Of a DNA stretch of 56,840 nt, positions 48,501-56,785 are shown piece by piece. The DNA lies in NCBI GenBank assembly GCA_900557045.1, contig USQY01000003.1:1-56840 (forward strand), given 5' to 3'. The notes beneath the pieces were generated by a model, which worked only from the letters and a program-made list of their open reading frames with translations, did not search any database and was not told the origin of the DNA. The first letter of the stretch is position 1, and every line of letters begins with the position of its first letter. Position numbers and translations under genes: made by a program. Source of the stretch: an uncultured Clostridium sp. (lineage in GTDB: Bacteria; Bacillota; Clostridia; TANB77; CAG-508).

Positions 48501-50561
48501 TACCACATTTAAATTTTTATCTATTTCGGGTTTATTTAATATATGTGCCATAGCCCCAATTAATTCTAGACCAGAATTTAATACCAAGTCAGTATCTGAA
48601 TCCAATGTTATTATATATTTCACAATCGTAGCCATATTTTGTTTACTAAAATTACACAATATAACCCCTTCTTCAATTGTAGATTCTATGGAATTACATA
48701 GAAATGGATTTTTTATATTTCCAAGTAAATACTCGTTAAACTGATTTATTAAACCTCTTTTTCTTTCCCAACCTAAATAGCATTCCTCACCATCATTCCA
48801 TGTTCTTTTTCTATATATAAAATTAAATTTATTTAATTTTTGTGGATTTTCATTAGGATATTTTTGGTTTAATTTTTCTATTTCTTCTAATCCTGTTTTT
48901 ACTATTTCATCATCAAATTTTTCTGTTTGCTTATCACTGCTTGAGCAATCTCCTAATAAAGTAAAATATAAATTTTCGCTTTTATTTGCTATATAATACA
49001 CTTCTAATTGTGCAAATAATTCCTTCACCTTTTCCTTGTTCTTTACTATTGTTGGTATAATTACCATGGTTGAACTTTCTTCTGGAACTCCATTTTTGTA
49101 ATCTAATTTTGGTGTCATTTTTGGCTTTATTATTTTACTTAAAACATATTGTATTATTTGAGTTACTATAGTATGTGCTGGCACAAATGTTAGAATAAAT
49201 ATAATTATAGCTATTGCAAAATTTTTGTAATTGTTATACACATACAATCCACATAATAAACTTATCAAAATAGATGATATTATAACTCCTGAAACATATA
49301 TTTTCATTTTTGTTTTAGGAGAAGTATTTTTTATTTTTTTATTACATAACTCTGATAATAATAATGTTTTTCCATCTGATATTAAATAATATCCTATATG
49401 AGATTTTTTTATTTCTGTACTATTCTTATTAGCTTTAGCCAATTCCAAGCATTTTTTTGCTATATATATTTCTGATATTTTTGTTTTTTTAGCAATTTTC
49501 TCAATAGCCTGTCTATAATAAGCTCTTGTTTTATAATCCATTTTTCCATATACATTAGCCGGATCTTTCTTTAATATTTCTTCAACACCGTTTATTTCTT
49601 CAAATATCTGTAAAAAATTAACTCTAATAATAGTGTTTATACTAGTTATAGAATTTCCCATTGACACTTTTTTTAATGCAATATCAAAATGCTCTTTTTG
49701 AATAATTTCATCAATTGTTAATCCCATTTTATCAACTTGTTCCTCCAAAATTGATAAAAAACTATATGCTTGTTTTCCATATTGTTTCAATCTATATGAC
49801 ATATACTCTATAAATGGACATTTCATTTCTCCATTTACTTTTCCCCTTGTTGTTTCCCTTGTATTTATAATTTTTTTAGAATATTTACATTTATTATTAA
49901 TATATTCATTTATATTGGGTACATTTTTAAATTTTGGATTTTCCTTTTTTTCAACTAATCTCTCTATAATGTTTTCAACTTTATATTTCTGTAATTGTGA
50001 AGAATAAATTTTATCACAAATCATCCTAATATTCTCAATTAGAGCAATTTGTAAAAATGTACCTATATTCCATATTTCTTCCATACCTAAACTTTTCTTA
50101 CTTTGATAAGCCTGTAATAAATTGCTTAAATTGTCTCTATCAATTACAGCATCTGTATATGCTACAATCTCACTAGCTAATACATAAATTCTTGCAAATC
50201 CTTTATAATTTCCATTTTCTAACCCCACAAAACTCACATACTTTTTTAATGGCATATCTTTTATAATTGTTTTTACAGTTTTTTCTATTATATAATAATT
50301 ATCTAAAATCCATTCTCCTGCAGGATGTATTGGTAATCCTAATTTTAAATGTTCAGTCAATATATTGTACACTTTTGTTATATATTCATAATTTTCTTTT
50401 ACTCTTGGAATTGGATATGTTTTTTTATCTGATTTACTTTTTAAAACATTATCAGATGCAAGTTTTGCCAAATAATTTTCTAACTGCTGTTTATCTAACA
50501 ATACACCTTTTATAGTTAATATTTTGTATCTTTCCAATTTTTCCACCTCTTGCATATACAT
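42543..50561 (-). CDS. Cyclic beta-1,2-glucan synthase-like giant protein (GT84 plus GH94), 3'-truncated by the element
   Basis: HPAGEWILDNYYIIE at the N-terminus, with multiple TM segments. GT84 motifs: ITLDSDTDL, LSHDLLEG, RSHRWIRGDYQ. GH94 motifs: GFRDQLQD, GSGDWNDG, RENGGQYTH. The last 18 codons (ECCCYHHFLANMLEIKLK) are read-through into the element. Confidence 0.85.
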   Translation of the reverse strand: MYMQEVEKLERYKILTIKGVLLDKQQLENYLAKLASDNVLKSKSDKKTYPIPRVKENYEYITKVYNILTEHLKLGLPIHPAGEWILDNYYIIEKTVKTIIKDMPLKKYVSFVGLENGNYKGFARIYVLASEIVAYTDAVIDRDNLSNLLQAYQSKKSLGMEEIWNIGTFLQIALIENIRMICDKIYSSQLQKYKVENIIERLVEKKENPKFKNVPNINEYINNKCKYSKKIINTRETTRGKVNGEMKCPFIEYMSYRLKQYGKQAYSFLSILEEQVDKMGLTIDEIIQKEHFDIALKKVSMGNSITSINTIIRVNFLQIFEEINGVEEILKKDPANVYGKMDYKTRAYYRQAIEKIAKKTKISEIYIAKKCLELAKANKNSTEIKKSHIGYYLISDGKTLLLSELCNKKIKNTSPKTKMKIYVSGVIISSILISLLCGLYVYNNYKNFAIAIIIFILTFVPAHTIVTQIIQYVLSKIIKPKMTPKLDYKNGVPEESSTMVIIPTIVKNKEKVKELFAQLEVYYIANKSENLYFTLLGDCSSSDKQTEKFDDEIVKTGLEEIEKLNQKYPNENPQKLNKFNFIYRKRTWNDGEECYLGWERKRGLINQFNEYLLGNIKNPFLCNSIESTIEEGVILCNFSKQNMATIVKYIITLDSDTDLVLNSGLELIGAMAHILNKPEIDKNLNVVVNGHALLQPRVGIGLLEVRRSIFSKIFAGQGGTDSYVNAIFDVYQDNFGEGIFTGKGIYDLKVFSQVLNNEIPENTVLSHDLLEGCYLRCGMVSDIMLMDGFPTSYLASKKRSHRWIRGDYQILSWLKNKKLNILCKYKIIDNVFRSNLEVSIVLSIIILVLAKVFAKIKIWPIIIFLTISLLIPNIIEIVNKIIFRKEGETRQKTFIKNTTTVKNSLIKVFFAISTLPDKAYMSISAGITSLYRMIISKKHLLEWVTAEEAEKKSKNDLKSYYSNMIPNVVSGIIGILFVILTQTTFEIFGIISLILSTLWLIAPIILCYISKPIKEKNPIELLDKNDKEYILDIAKKTWLFFKEYINEKTNYLPPDNYQEDRKPKVVMRTSSTNIGLGMLAVISSYDLGFEKLDDTIKLLEKMINTVNGLPKWNGHLYNWYNIETLEHLYPRYVSSVDSGNFIGYLYVVYQFLEGVVAENKNYEICKSLSQIILQIIKNTDFSKLFDEKNNLFSIGFDIEENKLTDSYYDLLASEARQASLVAIAKKDIDVKNWYNLSRTLTILNKYKGLISWSGTAFEYLMPNINIPKYPGSLLDESCKFMIMSQKEYAKKLGIPWGISESAFNLKDLNNNYQYKAFGIPWLGLKRGLADEMVVSSYGSILAITEEPKNVINNIKILEKQGMNSKYGLYESIDYTPNRVEKNKKYVPVKTYMAHHQGLILLSINNLFNNNILQKRFMKNPEMQSVNILLEEKMPENVIITKEKKEKVEKIKYNNYDFYSEKTFTKINNDIERFNVISNKNYTIILDEKGNGYSKYKNNLVNRYKQTSDIDQGIYFYLKNIKNKKIWTNIYNGNMDKPDKYTVTFAPDICKYIRIDGNIETNTKITVSPNDSVEIRRLEIKNLGNTDETLEISSIIEPVLSNKEQDYAHPAFNNLFLTYEYIPELNIILVKRKKRSENQKEIFMAVTLCSDEHGDNTNFGSDLEYEISKERLIERNNFGIPKLIEDSKPFSKKIELTTDSIIAMRKTINIKARENTKLDFIMCVSEDKEYVINTIKKYMNFENNKRVFELSRARVEAENRYLNINGKDLDLYQRILTYILENNVTNFSCDSNSKQEDNTNSVNARNLENNGNLENTDNNKIYSINELWKYGISGDVPIIFVKIKNINDISVIEELVKAYEYFKTKNIEIDLVILNEEKGNYNNYVKDAILDTVLNSGLGYMLNTKGGIYVLNGIKNKDIQLITIYSKLVFNAQNGNLNLQLNDVEDDIPKVYIERSNQQLNLLEEPKQENKLLNNNLLYYNEYGGFSADGKEYLLRINKENNTPAPWSNIMANNNFGTLVTETNGGYSWYKNCRLNRISAWSNNQILDVPSEVIYLKDEETKRKWSIGYNPMPDENDYYITYGFGYSKFNHASCGIEQELEVFVPKQDSCKIQILKLKNTTLRKRKIKLVYYLKPVLGEDEIKTNEFLDINFNKNSNTIFAKNITNTDYKNMVFVSSSEQIKSFTGSKKEFFGGGDISNPTGLDLDNFSNKLWSKISNVIVIQFEIQLEALEDKEISIVLGAGESKIECQDLAYKYSNLNNCIHENEIVKKYWADLLNTLQVQTPVESMNLMLNGWIMYQTIVSRLISRTGFYQSGGAYGFRDQLQDSLSAKYLNPEITRNQIIKHSKHQFIEGDVEHWWHDETNRGIRTRFSDDLLWLPYVTADYIEFTGDYSILDVETNYLNGAILPDGIDERYDMYIQSDKKATIYEHCINAIEKSLNFGENGLPKIGSGDWNDGFSTVGNKGKGESVWLGFFLCSVLEKFVKICEYVENNSENLNINEGVNVEKERMNENKNKNKKQNVEAGTEETINDFETKKSEKYKQIIEKLKKTLNKNAWDGRWFKRAFMDNGKVLGSIQNDECKIDSIAQSWSVISNMADNDKKFISMESLENHLVDKENGIIKLLDPPFDKGNLEPGYIKAYIPGTRENGGQYTHECCCYHHFLANMLEIKLK

Positions 50562-50623
50562 TTATTTTTTTAGGAGTATTCTCTCCTAAATTTCAAAATT
50601 TTATGCATAAAGTTAAAAAATGG

Positions 50624-51532
50624 TTATATATTAATACTCTTTTTTATTTTTTCCAAGTTTTTAATAACAGAATTATAACCATATTCATAGCATTTATCTA
50701 ATTTTGCAACATCCAATAATCCAACCTTATCTGTATATACTTCTAAAACAAAATCACTTATTTCTAGACTATTTTCTGATATTTTGTTTCCCATTATGTC
50801 AATAGATTTCATTATAACATCCATTATATTACTTTCCTTTTCGATTTCATCAGCTCGAAATTTTACTGCTAATATTTTGTCTGCACCTTGTAATTTAACC
50901 TCTTCAGTAGGAATATTATCTAAAACACCTCCATCCATAAAAGTATAATCTTTATATATTAATGGACTATATATTCCCGGAAAACTACTACTTGCTCGTA
51001 CTGCTTTTCCTATAGTTATATTATTTATATATTTTTTATTATTACTTGATATAAATTTAATAGTATTTTCATCCCTTACATTTGTATAATTATTTTTGCT
51101 AAACTCAGGCACATAATTTGTAAATATAATTTTTTTTCCACTGTTCATATCAACAGTGGGAATTACAAGAGGCATTTTAATTTGGGATATATTATATATT
51201 TCTCTTCTGCTTGCAATTTTATTATATAATTCTTCTATTTTTTTTCCACTATTACAACCTTTCACCGATATTTTCTTTCTAAAAATGCAATTATGTATTC
51301 CTGACAAAGTTAGTAGAATATCAATTTTAGCAATTTCACTTGCATATCTTTTAAACAATATATAAATATGGTAAGGAGAATACCCCATTGCATACATTAC
51401 AGCTACCATGCTTCCACAACTTGTTCCACCTACTATATCAGGTTTTATATTATTTTCTTCTAATGCTTGCAGTACACCAGCATGCGCAATTCCTCTTATT
51501 CCACCTCCAGATAAAGCTATTCCTAATTTCAT
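50624..51532 (-). CDS. Patatin-like phospholipase
   Basis: GIALSGGGIRGIAHAGVL and GTSCGS (the GxSxG motif), with DGG in FMDGGVLDNIP. I moved the start to the ATG 8 nt after a GGAGA ribosome-binding site. Confidence 0.85.
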   Translation of the reverse strand: MKLGIALSGGGIRGIAHAGVLQALEENNIKPDIVGGTSCGSMVAVMYAMGYSPYHIYILFKRYASEIAKIDILLTLSGIHNCIFRKKISVKGCNSGKKIEELYNKIASRREIYNISQIKMPLVIPTVDMNSGKKIIFTNYVPEFSKNNYTNVRDENTIKFISSNNKKYINNITIGKAVRASSSFPGIYSPLIYKDYTFMDGGVLDNIPTEEVKLQGADKILAVKFRADEIEKESNIMDVIMKSIDIMGNKISENSLEISDFVLEVYTDKVGLLDVAKLDKCYEYGYNSVIKNLEKIKKSINI

Positions 51533-51640
51533 AAAAATCATCTCCGTTTTATTTGATATATTTTATAAAATTATGTACTATGTTATTTGTTTTATACACT
51601 AATTATATATAATTATAACTTTTGCATATTATAAATGGTA

Positions 51641-51680
51641 AAAAATAAAGCTGTAAACTAACCCGAATTAGCCTACAGCA
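51641..51680 (-). terminator. rpsF-ssb-rpsR operon terminator
   Basis: Minus-strand hairpin GCTGTAGGCTAA...TTAGTTTACAGC (with G-U pairs) followed by TTTATTTTTT. Confidence 0.7.
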
Positions 51681-51696
51681 TATTATACTTATGTAA

Positions 51697-51972
51697 TTAA
51701 TCTTGAGTATATGGTAACATAGCAATTTGTCTACATCTTTTAACTGCAACAGTTATATCTCTTTGATGTTTAGCACATGCACCAGTTGCTCTTCTTGGTA
51801 ATATCTTACCTCTTTCATTAATAAATTTTTTTAATTGATCTGGATTTTTATAATCTAGAACTAAATTTTTATCTTTACATAATGGACATACTTTTTTTCT
51901 TTTTTTGAATTTTGGATTAAAGTCGTCATCATTACTTCTATTATTTCTTCTATTATTTTTCTTATCTGCCAT
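51697..51972 (-). CDS. rpsR: 30S ribosomal protein S18
   Basis: MADKKNN...KKVCPLC...[27 protein letters not shown]....AVKR.R..A.LPY. Confidence 0.92.
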   Translation of the reverse strand: MADKKNNRRNNRSNDDDFNPKFKKRKKVCPLCKDKNLVLDYKNPDQLKKFINERGKILPRRATGACAKHQRDITVAVKRCRQIAMLPYTQD

Positions 51973-52004
51973 TTTATTCCCCCCTATCTTTTTATATTTA
52001 TACA

Positions 52005-52430
52005 TTAAAATGGTAGGTCATCGCCTGAAGATATTTCAAAATCAGAACCAGTATTTGATGATGGCATTGTTCCAAATGTAGCATCAAAACTTCCACCCAT
52101 TTCGCCATCTTTTTTGCTATCTGCAAAATATGCTTCTTCTGCAACAACTTCTGTTACATAATGTTTTTGACCTTGTTCATCATCCCAAGTTCTTGTTTGG
52201 ATTCTTCCAATTACAGCAACTTGTTGACCTTTCTTAAAATATTTGCTACAAAACTCTCCAGTTTTACTCCATGCTACTATATTAATAAAATCCGCTTGTC
52301 TTTCTTCTCCTTGGCGAGCAAATCTTCTATTTACAGCTAAAGTAAATGATGCAACTAATGTGTTATTAGTTTGTGTATATCTTACTTCTGGATCTCTTGT
52401 TAGTCTTCCCATTAATACAACTTTATTCAT
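52005..52430 (-). CDS. ssb: Single-stranded DNA-binding protein
   Basis: [19 protein letters not shown] at the N-terminus, an OB-fold, and an acidic tail ending DDLPF. Confidence 0.93.
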   Translation of the reverse strand: MNKVVLMGRLTRDPEVRYTQTNNTLVASFTLAVNRRFARQGEERQADFINIVAWSKTGEFCSKYFKKGQQVAVIGRIQTRTWDDEQGQKHYVTEVVAEEAYFADSKKDGEMGGSFDATFGTMPSSNTGSDFEISSGDDLPF

Positions 52431-52496
52431 ATCTTTCACCATTCCTTTCAAAAAAGGCCCCATTTTTATTAGTTTTTTTATTTTACTTTTAAACTA

Positions 52497-52778
52497 TTAG
52501 TCTTGTTTAACAGTCATAAATTTAATAACTTCATCTGTTATTCTATAATTTCTTTCAAGTTCTGAAATTAGATCTGTATTAGCTTCAAAATAAAATACTG
52601 CATAAAAACCTTCTTTAAATTTCTTTACATCATAAGCTAATTTTCTTTTTCCTAATTCATCAACTTTTTCAACTTTACCATCAGTATTAATCAAATCTGA
52701 AAATCTTGAAATTAAAACTTTAATTCCTTCTTCATCAACATTTGGATTAATAATGATAACACTTTCGTATTTATTCAT
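52497..52778 (-). CDS. rpsF: 30S ribosomal protein S6
   Basis: MNKYESVIIINPNVDEEG...GKRKLAY.....EGFY. It is the first gene of the conserved rpsF-ssb-rpsR order. Confidence 0.92.
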   Translation of the reverse strand: MNKYESVIIINPNVDEEGIKVLISRFSDLINTDGKVEKVDELGKRKLAYDVKKFKEGFYAVFYFEANTDLISELERNYRITDEVIKFMTVKQD

Positions 52779-52865
52779 TATATTCACCTCCTTATGGATA
52801 ATAAAACCTGCATTTATTTATGCAAGTAAGGAGAAAAATAGTATATCTACTTTCTCAATATTGCT

Positions 52866-52894
52866 ATTTTAACATATTTATGGTAATTTAGCAA
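52866..52894 (-). promoter_or_regulatory. Candidate sigma-A promoter of rpsF
   Basis: On the minus strand: TTGCTA, a 17-nt spacer, then TAAAAT. Confidence 0.45.
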
Positions 52895-52921
52895 TAGGGT
52901 TTTACTTATTTTTTTATTTTA

Positions 52922-52981
52922 TGTGACTAGTAAGTGAAAATGTCCCAAAATTTAGATTCATTTTTAAGTAAAAATATCCCC
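52922..52981 (+). repeat. Copy 2 of the TGTGAC repeat
   Basis: TGTGACTAGTAAGTGAAAATGTCCCAAAATTTAGATTCATTTTTAAGTAAAAATATCCCC. It contains two direct half-sites, TAAGTGAAAATGTCCC and TAAGTAAAAATATCCC. Confidence 0.8.
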
Positions 52982-53031
52982 TTTTAATTTTACGGTAATA
53001 TTAAAGCAACAAATTGTAACAACAATATTTA

Positions 53032-54774
53032 TTAAACTAAACTATTATAATATGACATATATAACTTTCCATAATATTCACCATTTTTAATTAGCTCTTC
53101 ATGACTACCTTGTTCAATAATTCTCCCCTTATTTAAAACAATGATTTTATCAACATTTACTATAGTGGCTAATCTATGAGCAATAAAAATTGAAGTTTTA
53201 TCTGCCGATAACTTATCAACAGACTCTTGAATTAACTGCTCTGTTGTAGTATCAATATTTGCAGTAGCTTCATCTAATATAAATATTGATGGGTTCAAAG
53301 CAAATATTCTTGCAAAAGCTAAAAGTTGTTTTTCACCTGCTGAAAATGAATTTCCCTGTTCTTGAGCAACTTCATTAATTCCATTTTCTAATGAATTAAT
53401 AAATTTACTTGCTGAGGATAATTCTAATGCTTTTCGAATTTCCTTATCATCCATATCATTAAATAATTTTATATTTTCTTTAATAGACTTAGCATAAATA
53501 AAAGGTTCTTGAAGAATTGTACCAATATTTCTTCTTAAATCTGATAAATTAATATCATTTATATTTACGCCATCAATTAAAATTTCTCCCTTTTGAATTG
53601 TATAAAACTTATTAATTAAATTAGTAATAGTAGTTTTACCAGAGCCAGTTTTTCCAACTAGTGCAACACTTTGTCCTGGTTCAATTGTAAAACTTACATT
53701 CTTTAAAATCCAATTATCCTTTTCATATGCAAACCACACGTTTCTAAACTCTATTTTACCTTTAATTTCTTTTAGTCTTTTCCCACCTTCAAAATTTTCT
53801 ACAAATTCTTCTGCTTCTAAAATTTCATATATTTTATCTATAGAAGTTACCGCTTCTTCCACAATTTCAACATTTTCAATAATTCTATTTATTGGATCAA
53901 ACAGACTCTTTAGATATGTAATAAACATATAAATAATGCCAACATCCAAAGTTTCTTTTATATAATTATTTATAATTCCCCATATTACAATTGAAATACC
54001 TAAATTTTCAATTATAGTCATTATTGCTGGTAATGCTCCTTGCAAAAATCCAATAGGTTTAATTGCCTTTCTAAAATCATTTGTAATATTTTCACATTCT
54101 CTTTTTTTCTCCTTTTGTCTATTAAATATTTTTATTAATTTAATTCCATAAATAGACTCTGCAAAAAATATGTTTAATTTTGTTCTAATATTTTTTACCT
54201 TAGAATATGTTTTATTTAGTAACTTTGTTAAAATTAATGATGAAATAATAATAAGTGGAATTATTATTATGCTAACCATTGCTAATTTGTAACTTATATA
54301 CACCATTACTCCTAATAATCCAAGTATAACAAAAATATCTTTTATAAAAGTAGTAATAACATCACTAAACAGAGCAAAAACATCTTCTGTATCACTTATA
54401 ATTCTTACAAACAAAGTTCCTGAAGGCACTTTATCATGAAACTTTGCATTAGCATTTTCCATATACTCATATAACTTATTTCTTAAATCAAATACTACAC
54501 TTTCACCAATAATATTAGTTTTGCTCCTATTAAAATAATCTAAAAAGTTTTCTAAACACACCATTAATATGTACACATATGAAATTATAGAAGTAGTAAC
54601 AACTCCATTTTTATTTATTCCTTTCTCTAAAAATTCATCAATAAGAATTCTAACCAAATATGGTTTTGCTAAGGCTAATACATCTATTATTATAGCTATA
54701 ATGGTAACAAATACTATAGTTTTAACATATGGTTTTATCATTTTCTTTATTCTTTTTATAGTGTTACTTTTCAT
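53032..54774 (-). CDS. ABC exporter, fused permease/ATPase (heterodimer partner 2)
   Basis: Six-TM domain followed by Walker A GKTGSGKTT, signature FSAGEKQLLAFAR and Walker B ILDEATANID. Confidence 0.88.
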   Translation of the reverse strand: MKSNTIKRIKKMIKPYVKTIVFVTIIAIIIDVLALAKPYLVRILIDEFLEKGINKNGVVTTSIISYVYILMVCLENFLDYFNRSKTNIIGESVVFDLRNKLYEYMENANAKFHDKVPSGTLFVRIISDTEDVFALFSDVITTFIKDIFVILGLLGVMVYISYKLAMVSIIIIPLIIISSLILTKLLNKTYSKVKNIRTKLNIFFAESIYGIKLIKIFNRQKEKKRECENITNDFRKAIKPIGFLQGALPAIMTIIENLGISIVIWGIINNYIKETLDVGIIYMFITYLKSLFDPINRIIENVEIVEEAVTSIDKIYEILEAEEFVENFEGGKRLKEIKGKIEFRNVWFAYEKDNWILKNVSFTIEPGQSVALVGKTGSGKTTITNLINKFYTIQKGEILIDGVNINDINLSDLRRNIGTILQEPFIYAKSIKENIKLFNDMDDKEIRKALELSSASKFINSLENGINEVAQEQGNSFSAGEKQLLAFARIFALNPSIFILDEATANIDTTTEQLIQESVDKLSADKTSIFIAHRLATIVNVDKIIVLNKGRIIEQGSHEELIKNGEYYGKLYMSYYNSLV

Positions 54775-54789
54775 TTTCCTCCCTCCAAT

Positions 54790-56532
54790 TTAATCCAAAA
54801 TAGAAACTGTTCTTTTTTCAGCTTGATTTCTATAAAATTCATAATATTTTTCCTTATTATTCAACAATTCTTTATGTACTCCTCTCTCAACAATCTTTCC
54901 TTGATCTAAAACAATTATTTCATCACAATGTTTAATATCTGAAATTCTATTTGAAACAATAATACAGGTTTTATTTTTTGTTAATTTCTTAATATTATTA
55001 AGTAAGTGTTGTTCAGTTCTATTATCTAAAGCAGAAAATGTATCATCAAAAATCACTATATTACTGTTGTTTAAAAACGCTCTTGAAATAACAACCCTTT
55101 GCTTCTGTCCTCCTGATAAATCAATACCCTTTTCTCCAATTATTGTATTAATTCCATCAGACATATTTTCTATCTCTTCATATATCATTGCTAATTTAGT
55201 ACTTTCTAAAATATCAATATCATCATATATGTCTCTAAACAAATTTATATTTTTCTTTAATGTAGTTGAAAATAAAAAATTATCCTGTGTTATATAACAA
55301 ATATTGTTTCTAATTTCATCTGTCTTAATATCATTTATATCTTTACCATCTATATATATTTTTCCATTCGGAACTTCGTATAGTTTTAATAATAAATTCA
55401 TCAATGTAGTTTTTCCACTCCCTAGTACGCCTATTATTCCTAAAGACTTTCCTGATTTTATGCTAATATTAATATTTTCTAACACTTTATCAACACATCC
55501 TGGATAATTATATGTTAAATTTTTTATTTCTATATTACCAATTAATTTTTCTCTGTTTGATACATCATTTATACATATTTCTTCTTTTAAATTAAACATT
55601 TTGTCTAATCTTTTATACGAAACTTGCACTTTCTTTATATTCTTTAATACCCATGGAATCCACATAATAGGTGATTGTAGTAATAACATATATCCATTAA
55701 ATGCAACAAAGTCACCTAATGATATTATATTATTTAATACTAAACTACTTCCATATAATATTGATAAACCAGTTCCAATCCCTATACCTAAATTTGTGTA
55801 AATACTTAATAATGTTTCATTTTTTATAACTTGAAAATTTGTGTTTTTTAGATTTGTGTTTTTATTTAAAAATTCATTATATTGTTTTTTTTCACCCACA
55901 TATGCTTTTGTTGTACGTATACTATCTGTACTCTCTTGAACAAATTCTGATAAATTAGTAAAATTAATACGCGACAAATTATAGTTTTTTTCTAATTTTT
56001 TCACTAATTTAAATATAAGAAAAATACTAATTACAATTGGAGATAGTGAAATTGCCGTTAATTTAATATTTGTTGACTTTACCATAGAAAATGCTATAAT
56101 TGTAAAATTCAAAATAAACCTTATTGCAAGAGTTATTGCATTTGAAACAAATTTTTGTACTTGTCTAATATCTCTTACAAAATGGGACATTATATCTCCA
56201 TTTTTAATTGATTGTAATTCTGATACATCTGTTTTAAGTAATTTTTCAAACAAGCAATCTTGTAATTTTTTAACTATATTTCTTGCAATTTTAGCATCAA
56301 TCATTTTCCAAATAATTCTTGATATCATTATCAATATACATATTCCTAATAAAGCATATATTGAAGTTACTATATTGGACTTATTTAAATTAATATTATT
56401 AAGAAAATCAATAATTTGACCCAATATTTTTGAAGGAACTGTTAAAAGATAAATATTAATTCCTATCAAAACTATTTCTACTAATATCCACAAAAAATGT
56501 TCCTTTATTAATTCTTTAAGTATCTTTTTCAA
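54790..56532 (-). CDS. ABC exporter, fused permease/ATPase (heterodimer partner 1)
   Basis: Six-TM domain followed by Walker A GVLGSGKTT, signature LSGGQKQRVVISRA and Walker B VIFDDTFSALD. Confidence 0.88.
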   Translation of the reverse strand: MKKILKELIKEHFLWILVEIVLIGINIYLLTVPSKILGQIIDFLNNINLNKSNIVTSIYALLGICILIMISRIIWKMIDAKIARNIVKKLQDCLFEKLLKTDVSELQSIKNGDIMSHFVRDIRQVQKFVSNAITLAIRFILNFTIIAFSMVKSTNIKLTAISLSPIVISIFLIFKLVKKLEKNYNLSRINFTNLSEFVQESTDSIRTTKAYVGEKKQYNEFLNKNTNLKNTNFQVIKNETLLSIYTNLGIGIGTGLSILYGSSLVLNNIISLGDFVAFNGYMLLLQSPIMWIPWVLKNIKKVQVSYKRLDKMFNLKEEICINDVSNREKLIGNIEIKNLTYNYPGCVDKVLENINISIKSGKSLGIIGVLGSGKTTLMNLLLKLYEVPNGKIYIDGKDINDIKTDEIRNNICYITQDNFLFSTTLKKNINLFRDIYDDIDILESTKLAMIYEEIENMSDGINTIIGEKGIDLSGGQKQRVVISRAFLNNSNIVIFDDTFSALDNRTEQHLLNNIKKLTKNKTCIIVSNRISDIKHCDEIIVLDQGKIVERGVHKELLNNKEKYYEFYRNQAEKRTVSILD

Positions 56533-56785
56533 AACTACTACCTCCTTTTAATTTATAATATAAATGCAAAAATACCAAATATGATCAATTACATATTCGG
56601 CAACTACATGATTAAAGTATTGTATAACTTTTAATAGTATTTATTTTGATTTACAAAAATCATATAAATCTATTAATAGAGTTTAGCTTCTGTGTTTGGA
56701 ATGAAAACAGGTATCTCTCTATAGATTTGAATTATAACAAGTATGTCAAAGCATGTCAATCATTTTTTGATTTTTTGTTGCATTT

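Noticed and set aside
42543-50561. The 2672-aa ORF as a novel giant toxin or defence protein
   Set aside because: It carries clear GT84 motifs (DSD, LSHDLLEG, RW.RGD) and GH94 motifs (RDQLQD, DWNDG, ENGGQYTH) plus the Cgs-type N-terminus. It is therefore a recognisable cyclic-glucan-synthase homologue, although its role in this organism is unknown.
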